Positions 9,801 through 19,886 of a stretch of 32,000 nucleotides of DNA are shown here, in pieces. The DNA is from Micromonas pusilla (taxonomy: Eukaryota): positions 1,380,854-1,412,853 of the forward strand of contig GG663735.1 in NCBI GenBank assembly GCA_000151265.1, read 5' to 3'. The notes under the pieces are model-generated. The model searched no databases. It was not told the DNA's origin and saw only the letters and a list, made by a program, of their open reading frames with translations. Position 1 is the stretch's first letter; every line of letters starts with the position of its first letter. The translations under genes and the position numbers were made by a program.

Positions 9801-11504
9801 CAACCCCGCGTCCGCGACGGGCCTCGCCTTCCCCGAGCCCATCTCGCTCCAGATGTCCGCGTACGTCGCGTTGGGACCCCCCGCGAGATCCGACGACGGC
9901 GTCGACGCGCACTCGCGCACCGGCGGCGCGGTGACGCTGCGTTCCGCGATGCCGCCGACGACGGCGAGGAGCCCCTCCAGCGCGAGCAGATGCGTCGGGT
10001 TCAGGACCCCGCCCTGCGGCGGGAACGCGTTGCGAGACAAGATGGTCGTGAGCTCCTCGAACACGTTCGCGCGCTCCATGTCGCAGTCGAAGTTTAGGTA
10101 GACGTCGGGCACGAAATTCGGTTGCCGGCACAGGTCCACGAGGCACTCGAGCGCGATCCTCTGCGACTCCATCGGGACGCCGCCCGCGCCCTCGCCCAGC
10201 GGGAGCAACACCATGCGCAGAAACGCCTCGAGCTGAAGCTTGAGGTGCGAGTGCATCACGAGGTACAGCTGGAGGATCACCGCGGCGACGGCGGCGAGCG
10301 TCGACGGATGCCCCGCGGGCGCGACGGAGAGCACCGCGCGGCACAGGTCGTCCTGCACGAGCTCCAACAGCGGCGCGTGCCTCGCGAAGTGATCCCCCGA
10401 CGACTCGAGCGACGCGAGGACGAGCTGCAGCCCGAACGCGCACGCGCCCTCGGCGTTCTCGTCCGCGTCGCGCTCGAGCGAGACGAACGAGACGCTGAAG
10501 CGGAAGATCTCCAAGACGCACATCAGACCGAACGGCTCCCCGGCGGGCCCTCCGTCGAGCTCCGCGTCGTGCCCGCCGAGGTCGGCGCGCTCGCGCTCGG
10601 TATCCGCCGCGTGCCCTCCGGCGTGTGTGGGCGACCGCGGCGCGGCGTCCGTCGCCGCGCCGGGGCCTTGCTCCGTCGGCGGCGCGGGCGCGGGAGGTTG
10701 CCCCTCCGCGAGCGCCGCCGCCGCCGCCGGCTGTTTCGACGGCGACGGCGGAGGTTTCCCTTCGATGTGATGCGCTCGCCCCGGCGTCGTCCCCGCGCCG
10801 TCCTCGCTCGCGTCGCTCGCGCGCAGGCCGTCCATCTCCGGCAGCCCTTTAAACACGGCGTGCACGATCTCGCGAAGGATGTGCCTGGACAAGTTCCGCA
10901 TCAGCGCGGACTCCTTCCCGGACTGGTGCCCTATGCGGTAGCACGCCTGCACGACGTTGCAGACGTCGTCGTCGCTCAGAAGCCGCCCGGCCGGGCACGT
11001 CACGCACTCGAGGAGGACGTGGAGGATCTTGGATAACACCACGTCGTCGTGGTCCGCGTCCGTGGCTTCGAAGCGGCAGAGCGTCACCGCGTCCGCGACC
11101 GCATGCATCGCGTCCGCGGCGTGCGCGTTGGCGACGTCGATGAGACCGTGCTTCAGGACTTTTAAGACCGCGCCGAGCGCGACGCCGGTGATCGGCCCGG
11201 ACGTCTCCACGCTTCGAATCGTCCTGAGGAACGGCGCGAGGTACTCGATCGGCGGGATGACGTTCCAGTCCTTCCACGTGAACAGCTTGCGCCGCATGGC
11301 TTTGAACTCCTCGAGCAGAGGGTCGTCCGGCGCGTCCGCGTCGTCGTATCCGTACCCGGTCGCGATCGAAAACTTCGCGTTCTGACGCATCACGGCCATC
11401 ACGGCCGCGGACTCGGAGGAGACGATCCCGGCGAAGCCTCGCGCGCGCATCGCGGTCGGGGACGACGCGGAGATCGCGCTCGCGCCGCCGGGCGCGACGC
11501 CCAT
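6855..11504 (-). CDS. GBF1/GNOM-type large ARF guanine-nucleotide exchange factor (Sec7 domain), ~1549 aa
   Basis: Uninterrupted ORF. The Sec7 core reads [22 protein letters not shown]...[37 protein letters not shown]. The N-terminal DCB-like segment [16 protein letters not shown] resembles the GNOM N-terminus. The ORF-track start at 11771 is a TTG; the first in-frame ATG is 11504..11502 (MGVAPGG). Confidence 0.9.
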   Translation of the reverse strand: [1549 protein letters not shown]

Positions 11505-11926
11505 GCCGAGCGGAGGGAGATCGACCGCCGCGCGCGTCGGTTCGATCGAACGCCTCGGCTCGAGTTTCGCGTCGCCTCGAGATCTGCTATCTGCTAGCGG
11601 CCGTCTCCGCTCGCGCGATCTCGCGCCGCGCGACGTCTCGGGCGTCCGCGAGGAACGCGCGTCGGGCTCGCCTGGCGACGCCGCGTGTGCGCGATGCCAG
11701 CTCCGGGCGGTGCGCCGATCGCGCGGCGGTGCCGGCGGTATGGCCACCGAGCGCGCGCGGGACCCGTTCAACTCCGCGGCCGTTCGAACGACGAGCGCGC
11801 TCAGAGTCGCGAGAAGAGCTGGAGAAGAGCTCCGCCGCGCCGACCGCGGCTCGCGCGGCGCCTACTGTCGACGGATTCCTGCCGCCCCCGTCGTCACACC
11901 TTCGAGCGCCCCCGTCGACGTGCGCG

Positions 11927-12892
11927 ATGGGCATCCTCGTCGCGGACTACGGCAGCGACAGCGAAGGCGCGAGCGACGGCGACGGCGACGACGCCGCCGG
12001 AGGCGAGATCGTCCTCGAGCCCGCGGAGGCGACGACCGCGCCGGCGCGGGGAGGAGACGGAGAGGCCGGCGGGGAAAGGGAACGCGACGACGCGCCCGCG
12101 GGGACGTCGACGAAGCGCGCGCTCGAGCCGGAGACGCCGCCGGAGGCGTCCAAGTACGTCGCCTACGGCGGCGGGTGGTACGACAGAGCCGGGAACTACT
12201 GCTGGATCTCCCCGGACGGGACGCTGCATCTGCTGAGGCCGGGGGCGACGTGCGTGCGCTCTCGTCGCCCGCGAGCGAACGCGTTCATTATTCGTTCGTT
12301 CGCTCGTCCTTCCCTCTCGCGTTCCCTCGTTCCCGTCGACTGAACGCGTCCATCTCGTCGCCTCGCGTCCTTCCCTCGCAGCGAGCCGGAGATCAGCGCC
12401 GGCGACGACAAAGGCGGCGGCGACGCCCCCGCGAACGACGCCAAACGCGTCAAGGCGGCGGACATCGCGTCGGAGTCGATGGAGTTCCCGCAGCACAAGA
12501 TCTCGATCCTCCGCGGCGACGGCGTCAAAGCCATCGCGACGAAAACGGGCGCGCGGCTGCGAATCACCGAGGGGAAGATGAAGACGGGGAGCGTCCGCAA
12601 GGGGATCATGTCGACGCTGACGATCACGGGGACGCGCGACGCGGTGAAGTTGGCCAAGGCGGACGCGATCGCGATGCTGGATGCGAACGGCGCGCGCTCG
12701 ACGAAGGACGCGTCGACTGGGAAGTACGAATTCAAGGGACGGCAAGTTTACAACGACACGTACGTCAACGGAGAGAAGCCGCGCGTCGCGCCGGAGTTTG
12801 ACTGGCGGCACAGCGGCATGGGGTGGGATAACGGCGGTTTGACGGGCACGGACGGCGCGTGCGGCGCGCACTGCACGTGGAAAAAGTCGTAG
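11927..12892 (+). CDS. Hypothetical protein with a KH-like fold segment. Exons 11927..12249 and 12382..12892, intron 12250..12381.
   Basis: The first ATG is 11927 (MGILVADYGSDSEG); the track start at 11687 is GTG. Donor AC|GTGCGT at 12250 and acceptor CAG ending 12381 give a phase-2 junction in frame with the ORF 12479..12892. The segment HKISILRGDGVKAIATKTGARLRITEG...LTITGTRDAVKLAKADAIAML resembles a type-I KH domain with a degenerate GxxG loop. The function call is weak. Confidence 0.45.
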
Positions 12893-12975
12893 GTACTGTT
12901 GCTGGAGAAAAGGAAGGGTGCGTCCGCGTCCGTTCGCGCGTATTGTAAAACTCGATCGATTCGAACACAACAGAG

Positions 12976-15900
12976 CTACGGAGACTTCTCCGCGCCGCCG
13001 TCGGCGCCCTCCTCCGATTCCGACGCGTCCTCGTCCTCGACCTCGCCCTCCTCGCCCACGAACCTGACGTTGTCGAACCCCTGCGCGTACAACTTATCCT
13101 TCGCCCTGAGCCGCGCCTCCACGTCCTCGCCCAAGTCCTTCCCCTCGTTCTCCTCGAGCCACTGCTCCTCCTCCTTCTTCCACGCCGCGGACGTCTTCTC
13201 CGCGGCGACGCCGAGCTCGGACACGTCCACGCCGCCAGCCTCTTGCGTCGCTCGAACGCCCGCGAGAACCTTCGGCGGGGCGTACGCCATCTGCTTCGCG
13301 TCCTCGAGCTCGGGGCGCTGCATGAACCAGTCTCGCATCCACTCCGGGGCGGCGTCGTCGCTCGGGGAGCCATCCGCGGGGTACAGCGATGCCGCCGTCA
13401 TCGCCTCCCGGTCGGTCATCTTTCGCCACTGCCTCGAGATTTCGGTCCAGAACCGGCCCTTCTTCGGGTCGTCGCCCCAGACGGAGTTGATGAAGTCGTC
13501 CCAGAACAGGCCCGTGTCCTCGCCCCAGCGAAGGTCCATCGTGGAGAAGTTATCCACGCGCTGTAACCCCGCCTTGTCGAAGACGCGCATCAAGTTCCGC
13601 CCGTTGATCTCCTTCGTCGTCGCGAGCGCCTCGCGAATGGAGAAGAGCATCTCCGTCCCTTTCGGGTCGTGCATGATCGCGACCGCGCGCTGGCACGCTT
13701 TGACGTACAGCTTGCGAACCTCGTTCGCGATGAGGAGGTCCATCTCGTCGGACACGCCGAGCGCGAACAACGTCTGCTCCTCCGGTTTGATCACGCGGTC
13801 TCGCAAGCCGACGATGGACTTTCCGGGCGGGATCCCAATCATCTTCCCAGGGCTCCGCTGCATGCCGTTGCTCTTCGAGCTCTTCTTCCCTTGGTTTAGG
13901 TACTTCTCCTCGTTCGAGAGGTCCTGTAACACGCACAGCGGGCCGAGGTCGGACCACCCGTGCATCATCACCATCTCGCACGCCATCGCCGTCGCCTCCT
14001 TCATGTCCACGGTGCCAAACTCGCTGACGTTGTCGGGGCCGTAGAGGTACCGCTCCGCCATCTGCCCGGCGACGAGGACGGTCATCTTGCTCTCGTACCA
14101 CTGCCGTAACTTCACCGCGGCGTTGCCGTCGGCGCCGATCTCGTCGGGGACGTACACGATCTGCCCGGACGCCTCGCCGCCGGCGAAGACCTTAACTTTG
14201 GCGATCTCGTCAAAGTTTGGCGCGAGCATCGCCGTGAGCGTCTGCGCGGCAAAGTACGTGCACACGGTGTCGCGCAGGTACGGGTTCATCGCGCGGATCT
14301 TCTCGTTCTCCTGGATCTCGTCCTGGTCCCCGATCGTGCCTTGCCCGGTCGCCTTGAACACGTTGCTCCGTCGAATCTCGTCGATGATGTTCAAGAACAT
14401 GCCGAGGTCGGCGAGGCGGCCGCTGTCCTTCGTCGCCATGGGCGCCGCTCTCAGCGCGGTCGTTCGAACCAAGTTCTCCAAGTCCGCGCCCGTGAACCCC
14501 GCGGTCTGCTTCGCGACGTACTCGTAGTCCAGATCCGGGTCGATGTGCTCCTTGATTTGATCGTACGACGCGTGAAGTTTGATGATGTCGATCCGCGCGC
14601 TTCGGTTCGGAAGCGGCATCTCGATGACGCGGTCGAAGCGCCCGGGGCGAATCAACGCCGGGTCGATCACGTGCGGGCGGTTCGTCGCCGCGAAGATCAT
14701 GACGCCGCTGTTCCCGCCGAAGCCGTCCATCTCGGTCAGGAGCTGGTTGATCGTCGCGACTTGCTCGTCGTTCCCTTGCTCCGCCTGCGACGCGTCTTTT
14801 CTTCGCACGGCGACCGAGTCAAACTCGTCGATGAAGACGATGCACGGCCGGACCGCCCTCGCCTGCTGGAACAAGTTCCGGATCCTCGCCGCGCCGACGC
14901 CGACGAACATCTCCATGAACTCCGTGCCCGCGACGGCGAAGAACGGGACGTTCGCCTCGCCGGCGAGACACCGCGCGAGGAGCGTCTTCCCCGTGCCGGG
15001 CGGGCCGCACAGGAGGACGCCCGCGGGGATCACCGCCCCCGCGGCGACAAACTTTTGGTAGTCGCGCAAGTACGCGATCAGCTCGTTCATCTCCTCCCGC
15101 ACGACGTCGATGCCCGCGATGTCTTTCATCGTCATTCCCGTCCGCGGCTGCGACTCGTACGTCTTCGCGGTGCCGGTGTTCTGCAGGTCCGTCCCTTCCG
15201 TGCTGTCGTTTTGCATCTCGTAGTAGAGCTGCCACATGAACCAGGTCAGGATGACGGGAGTGAAGACGTTGAACGTCGTGCGAATGAACAGCTCGATCGG
15301 GGTGTACTGCCTCGACACGATGTCGATCCCTTTGGAGATCATCATCGTGTACAACGTCGGGTCGTACGGCAGGTTGGCGTAGAACACCTCGTCCGTGTCC
15401 CTCAGGAAAAATTTCACCGAGTTCATGTTCGGCATGTACTCCACCCTCGTGACCCTTCTGGTTTCGCACAGGGCGTAGAAGCCGTTGTACGAGCACTCCG
15501 TCGGCCTGTACGTCGTCCCTTTCACCGCGAACGGGTCGCGGACGTACGCGAGGTTCACGTTTCGAACGAACCGAGGGCCGCCGAGGCCGAGCTTTTTCAT
15601 GAACTTCGTCACCGCGTTGTTTTGCCCGCCGCCCTCCTCCGTCCCCGCGCCGCCGACGGCCACCTTATCGCCGCCGCCTTTCCCGCCGACGCCGGGCATT
15701 CTCGGGAGTTTCAGTCCCTTGCCCTTCTTCTTCTCCGCGGGCGCGGCGACGGCGTTGCTGACGAGGACGCCCTCCTCCGCCGCCGCCGCGTCCGCCGCGC
15801 CCGACGCGGCGGCGGCGGCGCGCGGCGACGCAGCCTCCTCCTCCGCGCCGATCCCCATCGCCGCGCGCTCGCGCTCGAGCGCCATCTGGAACGCCCTCTC

Positions 15901-16701
15901 CTTCGCCGCGGCGATCCGCGCGGCTTTCTTCTCCTCCGCGGCGGTCATCTTCTTCTCCCCCGGCGAAGCCCCGGCGCCGCGTTTTCCTTTCTTCGACTTG
16001 CCCTTCTTCTTCGACGCCGCGACGTCTTCGTCGTCGTCGTCGTCGTCGAAATCGTCGAGGTCGTCGAAAGCCGCCGCGTCGGCGGACGCGGACTTCTTCC
16101 CCTTCTGCAGCGACTTCGCGCGCTCGGCTTTGATCCTTCGAATCTCCGCGAGCTTCTTCAGCCGCGCCTCTTCCTCCTCCGGCGACGCGTCCGCGAGAAG
16201 CATTCCCAGATCCGTCGCGCCGCCGCTCGTCCCAAGACGCCCCCCGCGGTTGGCGACCGCCGCGGACGACGTCCCCGCGCCGCCTCGCGCGGTCTCCTCC
16301 TTGATCGTTGTTCCCGCGTGCGCGACGCCCGCGCCGGCGAACATCGTCGCCGCGGTCACGACCGCGGCCTGCCCGGCGCGGCCCAGGAGGCTCCAATTCA
16401 TCGTCGACGCGCTTCCCGCTCTGCCGTTCGCGCCGGCGGACAGGATCGTCGCTCGCGCGCGACGGCGGTCCGCCTCCTCGCGTCGCGACGCGTCGTCCAC
16501 CTCGGCGTCTTCCGCGTCGTCGTCGCGCGGCGCGGTCGCGGCGGCGACGACGCGTCCGCGCGCGCGCCTTCGCGCGCCCCACGCGGACGCGCCGCGCCGC
16601 AGCGGGCGCACCGCGGCGCCCATTTCGCCTGCCGCCGCCCCACCGCCGCGCGCGACGCGCGTCGGGGCGGTCGTCGACGCCATCGCCGAGGCGCCGAGCA
16701 T
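12976..16701 (-). CDS. FtsH-like AAA+ protein lacking the zinc-protease active site (FtsHi type), 1241 aa, with a plastid-type presequence
   Basis: Single ORF with ATG at 16701. It has Walker A GPPGTGKT, Walker B IVFIDEFD and second region of homology ATNRPHVIDPALIRPGRFD. An M41-like domain follows, but the HEXXH position reads YFAAQ (VCTYFAAQTLTAMLAP). There is a long Lys/Glu/Ala/Asp-rich N-terminal extension and an acidic C-terminal tail. Confidence 0.85.
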   Translation of the reverse strand: MLGASAMASTTAPTRVARGGGAAAGEMGAAVRPLRRGASAWGARRRARGRVVAAATAPRDDDAEDAEVDDASRREEADRRRARATILSAGANGRAGSASTMNWSLLGRAGQAAVVTAATMFAGAGVAHAGTTIKEETARGGAGTSSAAVANRGGRLGTSGGATDLGMLLADASPEEEEARLKKLAEIRRIKAERAKSLQKGKKSASADAAAFDDLDDFDDDDDDEDVAASKKKGKSKKGKRGAGASPGEKKMTAAEEKKAARIAAAKERAFQMALERERAAMGIGAEEEAASPRAAAAASGAADAAAAEEGVLVSNAVAAPAEKKKGKGLKLPRMPGVGGKGGGDKVAVGGAGTEEGGGQNNAVTKFMKKLGLGGPRFVRNVNLAYVRDPFAVKGTTYRPTECSYNGFYALCETRRVTRVEYMPNMNSVKFFLRDTDEVFYANLPYDPTLYTMMISKGIDIVSRQYTPIELFIRTTFNVFTPVILTWFMWQLYYEMQNDSTEGTDLQNTGTAKTYESQPRTGMTMKDIAGIDVVREEMNELIAYLRDYQKFVAAGAVIPAGVLLCGPPGTGKTLLARCLAGEANVPFFAVAGTEFMEMFVGVGAARIRNLFQQARAVRPCIVFIDEFDSVAVRRKDASQAEQGNDEQVATINQLLTEMDGFGGNSGVMIFAATNRPHVIDPALIRPGRFDRVIEMPLPNRSARIDIIKLHASYDQIKEHIDPDLDYEYVAKQTAGFTGADLENLVRTTALRAAPMATKDSGRLADLGMFLNIIDEIRRSNVFKATGQGTIGDQDEIQENEKIRAMNPYLRDTVCTYFAAQTLTAMLAPNFDEIAKVKVFAGGEASGQIVYVPDEIGADGNAAVKLRQWYESKMTVLVAGQMAERYLYGPDNVSEFGTVDMKEATAMACEMVMMHGWSDLGPLCVLQDLSNEEKYLNQGKKSSKSNGMQRSPGKMIGIPPGKSIVGLRDRVIKPEEQTLFALGVSDEMDLLIANEVRKLYVKACQRAVAIMHDPKGTEMLFSIREALATTKEINGRNLMRVFDKAGLQRVDNFSTMDLRWGEDTGLFWDDFINSVWGDDPKKGRFWTEISRQWRKMTDREAMTAASLYPADGSPSDDAAPEWMRDWFMQRPELEDAKQMAYAPPKVLAGVRATQEAGGVDVSELGVAAEKTSAAWKKEEEQWLEENEGKDLGEDVEARLRAKDKLYAQGFDNVRFVGEEGEVEDEDASESEEGADGGAEKSP

Positions 16702-17259
16702 CGCGCCGACGCGCCGCGCGCGCTACGCGACGCGAGCTCCGACGCGAGCGCGACGCTCGAGCCCGCTCGCGTCGGAGCGCGCGAGCCTCGCCTCGCGCGT
16801 CGCCTCGCGCGTCGGCGGTGACCTAACGAACCCTGCGAATCGAGGGTTTCGTTCGGTTGGAGCCTCGATCGGTGATCGACGCGCGAATCCCGCCGCCCGC
16901 GAACGCGCTCGCGCGTCGACTCGCGACGCCCCCGAGGGATGCCAGACGCGACCCGCGCGCTCTCGACGGACGAAGTGCGCGCGCGCGGAGATTCGATTCG
17001 CGCGTGCGTGCTCGCGTCCCTCGCTGTGCGCGCGAAGCCGGCGGCAGCGACGCGCGACGGCGAATTGCACTTTTTAGTTATCGAGGCCGGCCGAGCCTGG
17101 CAGGCGGCGCGACCGTCCGCGGCCGGCTTTCGAAGGGCACTTTCCGCGGACTGGACGATCACCGATCGCCACAGCGTCACGCGCGCGACGAGAGCCTCGG
17201 GTCGACGCGTCGATCATCACACCGCGCGCGCGCGCCCGCATCCTCGCGCCGTCGCCGTC

Positions 17260-19239
17260 ATGGACCTGCTCGCGCAGTACTCCGGCAGCAGCGACCGCGG
17301 CGGCGACGACGACGACGACGCGGCGACGACGTACGTCTCCAGATCGGTGAACGCGGCCCCGGACGTCGTCGTCGCGGGGAAGGCGATGACGACGGACGAC
17401 CAGGGGAGGGACATCGTCGTCGCGACGAACGTGGCGTCGCAGATGATAGGTGCGTCCGGTCCGGACGCCTCGCGCCGCCGCGGCGGGCCGCCGCCCGCGC
17501 GCGCGCGCGTCCTCCCTCGCGCGCCCCTCCAGATCGCGCGGGAACCCTACTACGACTGATATTTCATTCTTTCGATTCGCCACCTCTCTCCTCACTGACC
17601 ATTCATTAACCCCGACGCCCGCTCGCTCGCTCGCGCAGATCCCGCGAAGAAGAAGATGTGGCACAACCCTAAATACGAAGACCTCCACGCGCCGCTGCAA
17701 GGCCCGCATCACCCGGTCCACGGCGACGTCGGCGTGTCGAGGGCGACGAGGAATCACGCGCAGGGGCACGTCCAGACGGTGCGCATGAACCAGTTCACGT
17801 TCGACGAGCAACACGCGACGTTCCAAGCCCAAGGGTGGGCCGCGGAGCCCTCGGGGCGAGGGTTCGTGGGCGACATGAACGCGCTGAGGGAGGCGAACGC
17901 GGACACGGTGTACGGGATGAACCGCGCGAAGCGGCAGAAGATGCGCGATCAGATCATCGCGGAGATGGCGTCGCACGACGACGGCGAGAAACCGGATTTC
18001 AGCGCGTGGGCCCCCGCGCGCGACGCGATGCCGCCGCTGAAGACGACAGACCTCACGGAGGAGCAAAAGGAGTACGTTACGTGGCACGCCGCGCGGAGGG
18101 AGGCGAACATGCGCGCGCGGGGGAAGATCAGGGACGAGGATGGGAACAAGATCACGGACGCCGCCGCCGCCGCGGGCGCGGAGGGCGCGGAGGGCGCGGG
18201 CGCGGAGGACGACGGGAAGAGCGGCGACCGGAGCTTCTTCCACGGGAAGGAGCTCAAGAACTACGCCGGCGAGGCGTGGATCGCGCCGCCGAAGGACCGG
18301 AAGAAGGAGAACGATCACTGCTACGCGCCGAAGCGGTGCATTCACACGTGGAGCGGGCACACGAAGGGCGTGCAGGCGATTCGATTTTTCCCTCACCACG
18401 GCCACCTCATCCTGAGCGCGGGTCTGGACAGCAAGATCAAGATCTGGGACGTGCACAACAGCGGGAAGTGTATGCGGACGTACTTGGGACACGACAAGGC
18501 GATCAAGGACATTCAGTTCAACAACGACGGCACGCGGTTCATATCGTCGTCGTGGGATAAAAAGTTAAAACTCTGGGACACGGAAACCGGAAAGGTGATT
18601 CGGACGTTGACCTCCGGCAAGATCGCGTACGCGGTGAAAATGCACCCGGACGAGGACAAGCAGAACATTCTCATGGCCGCGCAGAGCGACAAGAAGATTC
18701 TGCAGTACGACATGAACTCCGGGGACGTCGTGCAGGAGTACGACCAGCACTTGGGCGCAGTGAACACGATCACGTTTTGCGACGAGGGCCGGCGTTTCGC
18801 GACGACGTCGGATGACAAATCTCTGCGGGTGTGGGAGTTTGGGATCCCCGTGACGATGAAGTACATCGCGGATCCGTCGATGCACTCGATGCCCGCGGTG
18901 ACCGCGTCCCCGAACGGGAACTGGATCGCGTGCCAGAGTCTCGATAACCAGATCATGATTTACAGCACGAAGGATAAATTCCGTCTGAACAAGAAGAAGC
19001 GGTTCACCGGGCACTCCAACGCGGGGTACGCGTGCCAGGTGAACTTTTCCCCGGACGGAAGGTTCATCATGTCCGGCGATTCGGAGGGGAAGTGCCACTT
19101 CTGGGACTGGAAGTCCGGGAGGATTTTCAAGACGCTCAGGGCGCACGACAAGGTCACGATCGGGTGCGAGTGGCACCCGTTGGAGCAGTCGAAAGTCGCG
19201 ACGTGCTCGTGGGACGGCACGATAAAATACTGGGACTGA
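17260..19239 (+). CDS. PRP17: Pre-mRNA splicing factor PRP17/CDC40 (WD40). Exons 17260..17449 and 17639..19239, intron 17450..17638.
   Basis: Exon 1 begins MDLLAQYSGSS (the typical PRP17 N-terminus). Donor G|GTGCGT at 17450, branch-like CTCACTGAC and acceptor CAG ending 17638 give a phase-1 junction reading ...QMI-D-PAKKKMWHNPKYEDLHAPLQGP (the conserved PRP17 motif). The C-terminal half holds seven WD40-like repeats (GHTKGVQAIRF...WD, GHDKAIKDIQF...WD, etc.). Confidence 0.9.
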
Positions 19240-19276
19240 CGTATGTAGCATTGCTCAAATACTCATCACACTACTA

Positions 19277-19340
19277 CTCACATACTCCTCGCCGCCGCCG
19301 CCGCCGCCGGACTACTCTACGCCTCCCTCAGCTCGCGCAG
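19277..19340. repeat. Direct repeat copy A: an orphan copy of the last 8 codons plus 3' flank of the SET gene
   Basis: actcacatactcctcgccgccgccgccgccgccggactactctacgcctccctcagctcgcgcag matches 19887..19956, apart from a 5-nt gtact indel and one G/A change. Confidence 0.85.
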
Positions 19341-19467
19341 TCGGAGAAATCCCCCACGAGAATTCGTGCGGCCACCTCACAGTTAAAGATCGAGCCCTGG
19401 TTTACCAGGACTTGCCAACCCAGCTTCAGCGATGAAGCGCGGTGAACTGACCCTTGACACCGATCAA

Positions 19468-19540
19468 GGGGACGTAGCTCAATTGGCAGAGCGCTCGCTT
19501 CGCATGCGAGAGGTACGGGGATCGAAGCCCTGCGTCTCCA
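19468..19540 (+). tRNA. tRNA-Ala: tRNA-Ala, anticodon CGC, 73 nt
   Basis: The sequence folds as a cloverleaf. The acceptor stem GGGGACG/CGTCTCC contains the G3:U70 alanine identity pair. The anticodon stem is CTCGC/GCGAG with loop TTCGCAT, and the T arm is CGGGG-ATCGAAG-CCCTG. Box A is TAGCTCAATTGG, box B-like is GGATCGAAGCC, and the discriminator is A. T-runs follow immediately downstream. Confidence 0.9.
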
Positions 19541-19546
19541 ATTACC

Positions 19547-19556
19547 TTTTGCTTTT
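19547..19556 (+). terminator. Pol III terminator T-runs (TTTTGCTTTT) 7 nt after the tRNA-Ala 3' end
   Basis: Two T4 runs directly downstream of the tRNA. T-runs are the established Pol III termination signal. Confidence 0.6.
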
Positions 19557-19670
19557 CGTATGCGAACCACCCAGGCGGGCAACGCGCGCGTACTACGTGC
19601 AGGGCCAGTGCGGGCCAGCCATCGTTTTGGTGTTTCTTCGCGCGTTCCGACGTCCGCGGAAGTCAGAACG

Positions 19671-19885
19671 ATGGAGGACGACGACACCTCGCGCTGGCGC
19701 CCCGCGCTCGAGCCGTGGCTCCGCGACCTCGGCGAGAGCTCCGGCGTCGCGTTCGCGCGCGCGTCCCCCCGAGAGAGCGAGCACGGCCGCGGCCTCTTCG
19801 CGACGAGCGACGGCGTCGACGTCGGCGACGTCGTCCTCTCCGTGCCGAAAAAGCTCGCGCTCGTCGTCCAAGCCGACCGCGGTCT
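19671..19885 (+). pseudogene. Truncated duplicate of the SET-domain gene 5' end (first 72 codons), fused to antisense of the parent gene's 3' end
   Basis: MEDDDTSRWRPALEPWLRDLGESSGVAFARASPRESEHGRGLFATSDGVDVGDVVLSVPKKLALVVQADRGL differs from the parent N-terminus by one extra Trp and one V/I change. Homology stops at 19885. The open frame then continues to 20054 through unrelated antisense sequence. Confidence 0.75.
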
Positions 19886-19886
19886 T

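Larger units (their letters stand above)
19341..19885. repeat. Left arm of the 545-bp inverted duplication (reverse complement of 21029..21570)
   Basis: Hand alignment block by block shows 2 substitutions plus one 3-nt indel (TGG) over ~545 nt. The boundaries are sharp: mismatches occur immediately outside at 19340 and 19886. Confidence 0.9.

Noticed and set aside
14341-16821. 826-aa plus-strand ORF antisense to the FtsHi gene. Similar cases are 6802..8358, 8908..10521, 10122..11036 and 17074..18492.
   Set aside because: These are the same artefact. They are extremely Arg-rich with no domains, and each lies opposite or out of frame to a gene with strong family motifs.
16825-16853. Imperfect hairpin AACGAACCCT-N8-AGGGTTTCGTT with a telomere-like GGGTTT in the FtsHi/PRP17 divergent promoter
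   Set aside because: The stem is short and has a bulge. It is a single occurrence, which is insufficient to call a regulatory element.
19341-19467. Possible small RNA (snoRNA-like) upstream of the tRNA-Ala within the duplicated arm
   Set aside because: It contains a short hairpin (CCTGGTTTACCAGG), an ATGAA and a CTGA. It has no proper C box (TGATGA) with a D box and terminal stem, so there is no support beyond conservation by duplication.
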